A stretch of 60,615 bases of DNA, counting the filler, from Globobulimina sp. (Eukaryota), in NCBI GenBank assembly GCA_003354225.1. It is 12 parts of 12 records of this genome, joined end to end, with 100 filler letters (N's around TTAATTAATTAA, not from the genome) between each part and the next. Parts side by side here need not be neighbours in the genome. Positions count along the whole stretch, not along the records: positions 45,557 to 50,511 come from PIVH01000816.1; positions 50,612 to 55,563 come from PIVH01000817.1; positions 55,664 to 60,615 come from PIVH01000818.1; 9 more parts are not named here. One strand, 5' to 3'. Below the pieces are notes generated by a model. That model had not been told where the DNA came from. It ran no database searches and saw only the letters and a list, made by a program, of their open reading frames with translations. Below are positions 47,072 to 58,280 of this stretch, piece after piece (the first letter of the stretch is position 1; every line of letters begins with the position of its first letter). Made by a program: the position numbers and the translations under genes.

Positions 47072-49338
47072 ATGCTGCAGAGGTTATTGCTTTTAATGTT
47101 GGTATCAAACTTACCATTTGTATTCACGTTGAAACCCAATGAGAAAGAACTGGGCAGGAAACTGATCAAAGAAATGTTTATTCATTCTTATAAGAACTGT
47201 ATGTTTATTAATATGGTTTGTGTTTTTGTTTTGACATTTTTTATTTTGACACAACAGATATAATCCATGCATTCCCCTATGATGAACTACGGCCATTAAC
47301 CTGTGAAGGCGCCAATACATTGGGTGGTATAACCACTGGTTATGCATTAACATTAATAGACACATTGGATTCATTAATTGTATTTGAACAATTTATAGAA
47401 TTACGAAAAGCAGTGTTATGGGTCATACATTATTGGACCTCTGATATAGATGAAAATGTCTCAATCTTCGAGACAAATATACGTATTTTAGGTGGCTTAC
47501 TCTCAACGCATATATTCATAGACAATGACTTAACTTTATGGCTGACATCATACGATTGTCATGATTTTGATATAGACTCTATAAACCACCATACATTAAA
47601 CTATTGTTACCATGACGATCAGCGCATTCTCACTGAGCAAAATTATGGAATTCATCAGCAAAACGAATGTTTTTCTGATAACCATATAATTTGCCTGGCC
47701 TGTAATCACAAATCAATATACTTTTTTGAGTGTTTTTACAATGGCGAGTTACTGGATTTATCCTTGGAATTAGGTGAAAGGTTATTGCCCGCATTTGTTG
47801 TCAGCAAAACAAACATCCCTTACGGCACTGTCAATTTACGTCATGGTGTTCCCGAAAATGAAACAACAATCGTATGTACTTCGTGCGCAGGCAGCTTCCT
47901 CATGGAATTTGGCGTACTCTCTCTATTAAGCGACCGATGGGATGATTTTTATAAATATGCTAAACTCGCTGCAGTGAAATTATTTCATGCTCGGAATGCG
48001 GATACAAATCTGGTTGGAAAACATATTAATAATCTCAATGGGTTATGGACTCAAATTGATTGTTCTTTGGGTACTTTTATAGACAGCTATTTAGAATATT
48101 TATTGAAGGCTTATTTTATGTTTTATGATGACGATTTATTGCTGATGTTCAATAGTTTATGGTCTGCTTTTTGGTATCACTTAAATGATAAATTTAATTA
48201 TAATTCGACATGGTATACTGAGGTGCGGGTCAATGATGGACAACAAATCTCAATCAATCATGATACTTTTGCCTCATTTTGGCCTGGTTTGCTGGTTTTA
48301 AATGGCAATCTAAGACTGGGGACCACTTATTTGGATTCGATGATATCTGCGATTATAACGCAGTATAAATTCATGCCTGAATTGTTTGATTTGTCCACCG
48401 GGCGACCGAAGAAAAATCATAAACAATATTTTCTAAGGCCGGAATTTGTCGAATCGCTCTATCATACTTATACAGCCACTATGGATGAATCTTATATCGA
48501 TACCGCTTGGCAGCTGTTGAGAGATATTAATAACACTGCTCGGGTACAGTGCGGATTTGCTACTATTGAGAACATAGAAACACATAAATTGTATGACTCG
48601 CAAGACTCATTTTGGATGAGCGAGACTTTGAAATACTTTTATTTGATGTTTAATATACAAAATAAGGATAAATATTTTTTGTTCAAACAGTATAAATATA
48701 AAGATATGATATTTACGACGGAGGGACACTTATTTCCATTGAATGTGATTAATAAAATATGGGATAAACAATTGAAACATAAAAACGAAACAAAACATGA
48801 TTTTTATAAAAAATATCATTGGTGGAATTTAGAAAAATTTTGGTCGACAATGTTTGAGCAGTTAAGGAAGAAAAATAAATTAAAATTTAGAAAAAGTAGA
48901 AGTATCAACGGGAAAGTTGACGAATATAATTATCGGAAAGTGAATTTATTGAAAAACTTTTTTAAATTTATCGGAAATGATCATATATTGTACGATGAAT
49001 ATCAGCGGATGTTTATTAAAAAAGAGGATAATCCGTTGTTTTGGGATATTGATAAATTGAAATATTTTAGGAATAATATCTATGATGCAATTAATGTGGG
49101 GAATAAAAACAAGAATGTATTTTATAAAAAGACATTTGAAAATAAAAAATATTCGGATGACTGGGTGAAATTGGGAGCAAAACCGTTTTGGGATTGTGGC
49201 CAAATAGTGACTGTTTATAAAAAACCATTGATCGATAAAATGGATGATTTGGTATTTACAAGTTGGAGTCTGCATATATGTGATTCTTACGTACAGACAA
49301 AATGTTGGACAAATGATATAGACATGCAAAAATACTAA
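47072..49338 (+). CDS. EDEM: EDEM-like GH47 alpha-1,2-mannosidase (intron 47199-47257)
   Basis: Signal peptide, [86 protein letters not shown] and FTTEGH. Confidence 0.95.
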
Positions 49339-49426
49339 TACTTCAAGCAGATGTGAAATAATAGAAAATATGATCATTAGTAGGCAAAGAACACTCAAAA
49401 ACTTTTAATTTTCCCCGCAAAAGATT

Positions 49427-50372
49427 ATGGGAAAAGATACGTTAACAGTCCGCGGTGCAATAATCAATCTGTGCAACACATGCATCGGAACTGGTATATT
49501 GGCCAAACCATTTGCATTGGCGGTAGCTGGTTGGTTTGGCGTTTGCTCTTTTGCGGTTGCAGCAATATTGATAATCTATATTGGTGTTTGTTTGGCTGAG
49601 GTATCGCGAGAATTACTGACAAAAAACAAGAAATCAATAATGATATCGCATACAATGCCAAATTACCATTCTATCGATGCATCGTCAAAAGAAAAAAGAG
49701 AGTCTGATAAGTCAGAATATCAACTAATAGCATACCGATCAATGGGCCGTAAAGGCGAAGTATTCGCAGTGATTGGATTTGCCGCAGTTGTCTCCATATT
49801 TTTGGCGATTTGCGTGATAATGATATTTGAATTGCTGACAGATATAAAAAATGTGATTGTACCAACAATAATGGTTGACACACGCTTCATATTTTTATTT
49901 TCCTTTGTTTTGTATATTCCAACAGCGTTGATATTAAATTGGGCACAGATGACCTTTGTGAGTTGGATCGGCGTTCTCAGTGTTTCATCAATATTCATTT
50001 CATTGATTTGTGTATTAATTTATTCATTATACACGTTCGACTTTGGACCACCACCAAAACAATTGTTAATCTCAAGAATAAATGATATCAATTCAGCTAA
50101 TTTGGCCATAAATGCAGGCCAAGATTTGCCGGAAATTGCATGTATGGCATTGGCATTTGTTATATTTTTGTTTGGTGTGAGTGGTAACTCAGCAATTCCT
50201 AAAATAGCACATCGATAGAAAACAAAAACGACATAATATTTGTTGTTGCTGCATCATATATTTCAGTGTCGATATTTTACGCTGTCATAGCTTGTGTTGC
50301 ATATTGGATATATGGCGAATACACTGATGTTATGATTTTGAATTCATTGTATATTTGGCCTGGCGGATATAG
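49427..50372 (+). CDS. Amino-acid transporter (Aa_trans; AVT1/SLC32/SLC38-like) with a -1 frameshift near 50209
   Basis: NLCNTCIGTGILAKPFA..AGW. After AIPKIA the family-like sequence continues in the -1 frame as TSIENKNDIIFVVAASY..VAYWIYGEYT..ILNSL. Confidence 0.85.
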
Positions 50373-50611
50373 TTCGGAGTTTTATTTGTTTACATATAAA
50401 ACGCAGTGTTATGATTCTTAACTTTAAAAAGTGTTTTCTATTATATTACTTTATTTTATCTTTAGTCACTTTACTTTACTCTTCTCTGTCAATCCTTTTC
50501 TCCCACCCACCNNNNNNNNNNNNNNNNNNNNNNNNNNNNNNNNNNNNNNNNNNNNTTAATTAATTAANNNNNNNNNNNNNNNNNNNNNNNNNNNNNNNNN
50601 NNNNNNNNNNN

Positions 50612-51023
50612 TGTGTGCATAGATTTCTGCTCCGGCATTGATATCCGTTCCGTAGTATATCATATAGCTAAATCCACCAAACCAAGCACAGATAAATAAG
50701 CATATAATAAATAAGATGCAGATGGCTTTATAGGAACCATTTGCCAGAAATGATTTGGAAGTGCTTACATAACGTTGACTGTTGCTCCGCATTCTCATAT
50801 ATTTGTCTCTTGCGGATAGGCGGTGACTGATAGTTATTGGTATCGGTGTTGCATCGTCATCGTGATCATCAACATCGTCGTCATCAAGCTCGATATCTGT
50901 GTTATTGTCGCCAGCCGTAGCTATAGCATTGTTTTCTTCGTTTAATGAATTGCTCCATTCGTCATCAGAGTTTTTTATCGGTTTAGCTATATTGTCGTAG
51001 GTTGGTGCATCATTAGTGGCCAT
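50612..51023 (-). CDS. N-terminal fragment of a membrane protein (acidic tail + TM); 3' truncated
   Basis: ATG 51023, an acidic low-complexity region, then AICILFIICLFICAWFGGFSYMIYY. Confidence 0.6.
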
Positions 51024-51113
51024 TTTAATTTGTTGTTAATTACGTTGTGTTTTGCAGAATTTAGTTGGACATGCTTTTGAGTTAAAAATATACAAAGTTT
51101 TTGAGACTTGTAC

Positions 51114-52196
51114 TTACTTTAAATACACAACAACACCTTTATGATCAGAAGGCATCATACTATCCGCATCTCCCAAAATTTTAAAATTACTCACACTCCA
51201 TTTTGATGCCATATTCATTAAAATTCTATCATATCGATAACCAATCCTCCGGGTCCAACCTTTACTTATTTGAATATCATTATCCTTTGCATATTGTTTC
51301 CAACAATCAATAAATTGATCCTCTTTTAAATAATCATTCTCTTCAAACTGTGAATCAAGATTTAAATAAATATTATCTGTATTATCCCTGAAGTTGAAAT
51401 CGCCCATTAACATCACAGTACACCTTTCTTTCTCATTTAATTGCTTCATAGCAATCATATATTTATCAAATATTGTTTTTAATTGTTCAATACGAATATC
51501 ACTGTTATTCTTACTCTCTAAATGAACGGTATTAATCCAAAATATGTCTCCATTACTTTTGCTCTTTACTTTTATTGATAATAATTTGCGTGACATATAT
51601 GAGTATAATTGACATATTTTAACATCTAAGATATCAAATTTATGTATATTTACACCAATAAATACTCCGTATGGTATTATGGTGGATAAGTTATCCGGAA
51701 CATCTGTTATGGCATAATTCGTTTTTATAAACGATACTTTGACGATATTGTCAATCCAACTTTCAGTCACTTCCTGAAAACAAAAAATATCAGGCTTTAT
51801 GTCTTCCATTATCTGCACCAATTTTTCTTGTCGTTGCGTAAATTTTTAATCACCAAACCAGACATTAAAAGACATTACAATTATCTGTTCACATTCTTTT
51901 TTATCAGCATCATTGTTTTTGTCTTCTTTTTTAACATCTACTTTTTGATCAACATCTTTTTGGTCAACATCATCATTTTTAGCATCGTCTTTATTAGCAT
52001 TTTCATCATGACCCTCATCGTCTGATGGTGGTAAATCAGCACTTATATCATTACCAAAATCAGCATCAATCTCATTATTTAAGTTTGATAACACCCATTT
52101 GTCGGATTTATTGTCATATGTATGAGGATATAATTGTACAATTGGATTTTTATCAAAATTAACGGTTTGTAATGGGATTTTGAATGAAGCTGCCAT
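51114..52196 (-). pseudogene. TDP2-like endonuclease/exonuclease/phosphatase (EEP) interrupted by one in-frame TAA (51846-51848)
   Basis: MSFNVWFGD*KFTQRQEKLVQIMEDIKPDIFCFQEVT is one continuous frame. TVHLES, MGDFN, RYDRI and PSDHKGV are intact. Confidence 0.8.
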
Positions 52197-52326
52197 GAAT
52201 TTTCTATTTAAACCTCGAAAATACTACTAACAAAAGCGTTTTTTATAAAAAAACAATAGGTTGTTACTGCTTTGCGTTGAGTGCAATCAAATCTCTCGTA
52301 AGCTCATCCCAAATTAATAATTAATA

Positions 52327-52846
52327 ATGTCAAAAAGAGGTCGTAGTGGCGCATCAGGTGCAAAGTTTAAGATATCATGCGGTTTACCAAACGGCGCCTT
52401 ATTAAATTGCGCAGATAATTCAGGAGCAAAAAACTTATTCATTTTTGGTGTCAAAGGATATCAGGGTCGTTTAAATAGAATGCCGACCGCTTCTGTTGGT
52501 GACATGATTATAGTGTCAGTGAAAAAGGGCAAACCTGACCTTCGAAAGAAAGGTATGTGATGTCATTATGTCATACTTGTTGCTTTTTGCTGACTCTTTA
52601 TTCCATGATAAAACAATTTATGTTAAATGCATTGCATTGTATTGAATAGTATTAAACGCAGTGGTTGTGCGGCAAAGGAAGATCTGGCGACGAAAAGATG
52701 GCACATGGATATATTTCGAGGATAATGCAGGATGCATCATCAACGACAAAGGAGAAATGAAAGGATCAGCCATCACTGGTCCAGTTGCAAAAGAATGCGC
52801 TGAATTGTGGCCAAAAATTGCATCCAAAGCATCTTCTGTATTTTAA
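52327..52846 (+). CDS. RPL23: 60S ribosomal protein L23 (uL14) (intron 52553-52649)
   Basis: [81 protein letters not shown]. Confidence 0.99.
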
Positions 52847-53099
52847 TTAAAATTGCATGAAATAACAATAATTATTTTACTGTTACAATTTGACAATTTG
52901 GAACATATTGTAACACCATTTAACAATTTGATGTTCTAACTTATGGGAATTACGTTATTACAACGTTTTAAGCGGCTGTAATATTATAACAGCCAGCCAT
53001 AAGAATTCGTAATTTGAACGATGTCCACAGTCGCCGCACTCAAAAACAGTTCTGTTTTTTCGGTATCTTGTTGTTTTCCACAGACCACAGTCGCTCAAT

Positions 53100-55563
53100 A
53101 TGTCATCCGAAGACTTGAAACAACCAAACAATGAAGAATTCGAAATACTTGAATCTCAACAACTAAATATACCAAACGATGAAGAAAAAGACGCTCACAG
53201 CGATGATGAGAATGACCACAACTAGAATGACGATGACGATGAGATAATCAGTCCAAATTTAATCTCACCACATGCTTTATTGACCACTTCCGAACCTGTC
53301 TCATTAGCCACATCATCTCAATCTCAATCGCAAGCACAGTCAATCTCGATGTCGCCACCTCCATCGCCACTGCGACATAGCGAACAAAAGAGTGAAATAA
53401 TCCAAACTGACCATATGCATGAAAGTGATGACATGAATTTAGAACTAACACCACGACCAAACACAGCACCAATAATAAATAATAAATGTCAGCGATCGCC
53501 GATTGTGGTAAACCATGAAATAAAAGAGAACCAATCTAGCCACAATTTCTCCGAAAAACACGCTGAAAACAAAGAAAAAGAAGAGGACGCCGAGCCTGTT
53601 GAAGGCATAGCTAATAATAACCCAATTGCATCAAATATAAATACAACCTCTAATCAACACAAAGTGTATAATAATCCATATTTTAACGGCTCTAATCCCA
53701 CGCCTGGCCCTGATAACGATGATGAGCAACAAGGCGAAGAAAGTGATGCTTCATCCGACCAATCTGAGTATTCTGATATGATACAAGCACAGCCACCGGC
53801 ATTCACTATACAAGACGACCAAAGCGACGAAGAAAAGGATATTGCTCATAACAGAAACAAACAGCAAAACAAAGCACACATTCAACCACCACAACCACCG
53901 CCAAATAAAGTGGGGCACTCACACATCAATACATACATTCTATTGTTGGCAATAATATTCCTAATCATTGCAATGATCGCATACTATTTATACCCACCAA
54001 ACAGCTCCTTTTTTAAACCAAACGCGCCAAAATTCCACTGTCCATCCTCTGTAATCTATGTGCCAATGGATGGCAATTCATTTTATATCAATGCCTCACG
54101 TTAAGTTTATCCGAACAAAAAAAACAATTTCACACTTACTCACAACCCGATTTTACAAATCCGTACGAATCACATTTTTCCCCGTGATACAGATGCCGAC
54201 CATCCATCCTCTACCAAATACGAATGGGACGTAACTAATATTATGGACTATGATGACTTGTTCGTTGATGGCGAAGATACCGCGCAGTTATTACTGATCA
54301 AAGGGAAGGACAAAGGGGGCGAGATCCGCATCGATTTGTATGTGTCGTCGACAGTATCCACGATTGAAAATAAATATATGTTCAACAAACAGTGCAGTAT
54401 CAATGTGCTATTCCATGACTCTCCTTATTTTGGCATTGATTTAGGTACAACTTATTCGTGCATTGCCTATCAACATAGAAATGAGACTAACATTATTGTG
54501 GCGGATAAGCATCGCAACGAATATTGCATCCCAACGGCGCTCTATTTCCCCGCAAATATAAACGATGCGGTGGTCATTGGCGAGGATGCACTGAAAAAAT
54601 TAGTGAGTGATCCACTGAATGTCATCTATGATATAAAACGTATTGTTGGTCGACATTGTAATGATGGAATAATTGACTCTTTCCGAGCTAAACATGCGTT
54701 TAATGTGACTTGTGTGGACGACAGTGCTTTGCCGAAAATATTCGTACCCAATTTGAAGGAATACATTTTTCCCGAACAGGCGTTGGCGGTGATATTGGCT
54801 CATTTGGTCGAGATTGCATCGCTGGAATTTGGTGTACCGTACATCCGGTTTGTTTGATCTTATTTTAAAATACTGCATGTTTGCAAACTTATTGTTTTTT
54901 TAGCGATGTCGTAGTATCGATACCAGCGTTATTTCATAACGGACAACGAAAGGCGATATACAGTGCGTGTTCTTTGGTGGGATTGAATGTGGGCCAATTA
55001 GTGGTATGTCATGTGTTTATTTTACGTATATACCTCCAAATATATAATTACGTTTAGGTGGAACCGACTGCTGCAGCATTAGCATACAGTTATTATTCGT
55101 CGACACCAGCAAATAACTTCAAGTTATTCCTAACTTTTGACTTTGGAGGAGGCACTATCGACTGTTCTGTATTGCGTTGCATCGGCGTCGACTGCCAAGT
55201 AATTGGCGTACGCGGCAACTCGTCACTGGGTGGGATTGATTTTGATTTGATTATTCGCGATATTATGATCTCAAAATACGAGCTCGAACACGGTTGGAAG
55301 GATATCGCTGATAATGACAAGTTATCTGCTCGTTTTTTAGTGGTCGCAGAAGCAGTAAAAAAGTCATTATCGGTGTCGACGCAGCATCAAATCACCATGT
55401 CTTCAGCGGTTGGATTGAAAAAACAGATAATTATAACTCGGGAGGAGTTTGAAACGGATCCTCGAACCAAAGCGTTGATTGATTCGGCGGTTAACACCGC
55501 AAAATTGGCCATTAATACGCCGCGAATCGTGGCCAGTAACATTCGCATGATATTAATGATCGG
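53100..55563 (+). CDS. Membrane-anchored Hsp70-family protein (acidic disordered N-terminus, single TM, Hsp70 NBD); in-frame TAG at 53223; introns 54100-54192, 54848-54903, 55004-55057; 3' truncated
   Basis: GIDLGTTYSC, YDIKRIVGR, VVSIPALFHNGQRKA, EPTAAALAY, FDFGGGTID and LGGIDFD. Confidence 0.85.
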
Positions 55564-55663
55564 NNNNNNNNNNNNNNNNNNNNNNNNNNNNNNNNNNNNN
55601 NNNNNNNTTAATTAATTAANNNNNNNNNNNNNNNNNNNNNNNNNNNNNNNNNNNNNNNNNNNN

Positions 55664-57723
55664 GTAGCGGTCTCCATAATGGATTGCCAAAAAACCTCGG
55701 TTTATCATATTTTGTATCTGATAGATTTATATCCTTTGCCGGTGCAGACAATTCATAATTTCTTACCAAATGATTGTATGTTCGAATATCAGTTCTTTTT
55801 AAAAGCTCTGTCCAATTTGCAATGGTATAATTTTGTGCCAATCCATTGATAATATCCTCTTCTTTCTTTGTGGCTTTTTTACAACAAATGTGGTCAAAGT
55901 CAAACGCATGCACTCCATCATTGAAATGCTGTGTTTTGTTCTCAAAATTAGCATGAAAACCAATATCAACATCAACATCAATGGATCCATGAGTTTCTCG
56001 CAAATGACAGTTAGTATAAATCTGATCATATGCATCGCCACCCACATAATTTAACAGTTTGCCATATGTCGCATCATTATCATTGAAGTTGTCATCCACT
56101 GCGTAGCTGCTGTTGCCCCAAATTAATTCTCCACCGATTGGCGCCAATTGCATGCCCGCATGAACTGAGCGTACCCACCGATTAAACCAAGACCGCGGCA
56201 TTATCATTTCTTTAAATGTACGGAGCGGTCTCGGCAGTAACGCCGTTTCTAAGGCTTCGCCAAATAAGTACATTGGCACTATTTTGGGTGCTCCGAGCAA
56301 TGGGCCACCGATAGGGATGAAACTATTCACATACTTATCTACCCAATCTTTGCCAGCTTGACCACCCTTAATATCACAGAATGACACAGATAAATAATGC
56401 GTTTATCATAGAACCGTTATAAATTTATACCTGAGGATGGGAACTTGTAACCCATTGAAGAAAATACATCACCATATTGGCGCCCATACTATGTCCCAAC
56501 AAAATAGCTTTCTCTCCACTTAACTTGACCCGCAGCTCAATTTCAAATCTGCATCGACTCCAATATGCGTCGCGAATTTCTAAATTATGGGTTGAGAGCC
56601 TCCAATCAAAGTTAGCAAAATATATCAGATTTGTGTCGTAACCAATGCTGACTAAGTTATCTAAGACTAGCGCCCAAACCCAATACCCAGGAAATAAATA
56701 ATCCGCACCAGAAGCACCCTCCACAGCGCGTAACTTAATGCCATTTGAATCCAAACCTGTGGTTTCATTCAACATCATATGGTATAACCAGCATTTGGGC
56801 GACCTGACAATCTCAGTGATGCAATGAGCACTGCCCCATATTCTCTCTCTCATATTCCATTTCATATAGTTTTTGCATTCAGCATTCAAATATTTATCAT
56901 TTTCTGTATCAGATTGCCAAAGTTGCAAAGAGTTGGAGGAGATGCCGGGAAAAACGATAACGGGATGTTTGGGTTTGATGATCAGATTTGAATCATATTT
57001 TGCGCGATGTATCAAATCATTTGCTGGCTCTAAGTGGCTCTCTGTGTATCGTTGATAAACTCGATCTGTTTCATCTAAAACTATGTTGCGAATATTTTCC
57101 AGTGACTCAGACACTTCGTCTAATTTTGAGGGAATGTTTATTTTATCGGAATTCTGGCTCATTGCAATGATAATGATTATTAATAATGTGATTAATGTGA
57201 TGGATATGATTTGCAATATTCTACGAAATAAATATAGAACATGCGGTGTGATGTATAATATTCCAAATTTCTGTGTTTTTAGTTCCTCCAATTTTTGCAA
57301 AATTAAATGATTATAAGTTACCAGCACTGATTTATCCAAAAAAAAATGTGACAATGCTGATAAACGCCAATTGTTAATAAAATCTTCGACTTTTGGTTTC
57401 TCACTGGTTTTCAATTCATTTCGCTGTTTTTCTGATAAATATGTGGTGCGCGGTGATGTCGCATATGTTTGCTTTCTGTTTGATTTATGAAATTCTTGCA
57501 TTATTTTTTCTGTTTAATCAGATGATGTGTTGTTAAGACTAGCAAAGATACATAACACGAAACTATTTAATAATACATCAGTTCTAAAGCGTTTGTTGAC
57601 ACATTCAACCATATTGTTTAATATTGCAGATGAAGACCGAACTAAGTCATCCATTTTTAGGTTTCCAGTTTCATGATTTTGTTTGCATTTTGAGATTCTA
57701 CTATCGCTTGAACTCCTTTTCAT
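55664..57723 (-). CDS. PDAT: Phospholipid:diacylglycerol acyltransferase (LCAT family) (introns 57510-57563, 56367-56430); 3' truncated
   Basis: N-terminal TM, KHPVIVFPGISSNSLQLW, GLDSNGIKLRA, ADYLFPGYWVW, FDWRLS, GHSMG and GGQAGKDWVDKYV. Confidence 0.93.
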
Positions 57724-57819
57724 TTTCTACTAAGTATGACGTACAGTTTCAAAAACTTTAACAACGATTTAAGAGTGAGTTATTTATCAACAAAAAATAT
57801 AAATGTCCATTACCAACCA

Positions 57820-58228
57820 TCATTGTTCTTGTTGTGCTTTTAATTTTGCCGCTCTTAATGCTAACCTCATCTTTTTATCCGCAGCGAATTTATCTTTTGC
57901 TTTGTTTCTTCTGTCCGCTGCCACTTTCTCCCTTTCTGCATCTTGTGATTTTTTAACACCGTCTCGTTTTTCCTCCCGATACTCATTCTGTACTGACCGA
58001 AATTTGGCTATTTTCTCTTCCTTTGACAATCCCGCCAAATCCGATGCATTCTATATACAATTATACAACAACACATATATAAAAAAAACACATATATAAA
58101 AACGAAACTAATGTAATACCCTTAGCAGCTTTTATTTGTTGAATTGAGTCTAGTTCGTCCGCACCTAATCCAGCATCTTTTAACTGCGATTTGAGATCGT
58201 CCAGGTCAAGATCATCTTTTTTATTTTT
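57820..58228 (-). CDS. Small charged helical hypothetical protein (two exons; start not resolved)
   Basis: DDLDLDDLKSQLKDAGLGADELDSIQQIKAAK can splice to NASDLAGLSKEEKIAKF.. No clean ATG was found. Confidence 0.4.
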
Positions 58229-58280
58229 CTAGCTCACTTCAAGAAAACTTGCATTTTTCAAACATACCAAAACCTATGAA

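Noticed and set aside
52553-52649. Box C/D snoRNA in the RPL23 intron (GTGATGT..CTGA)
   Set aside because: Imperfect C box overlapping the donor region, only about 40 nt to the D box, and no terminal stem.
4967-55663. Regularly spaced TTAATTAATTAA palindromes as a biological repeat or array
   Set aside because: They are N-flanked artificial linkers between size-sorted contigs. Cross-spacer gene neighbourhoods are therefore meaningless.
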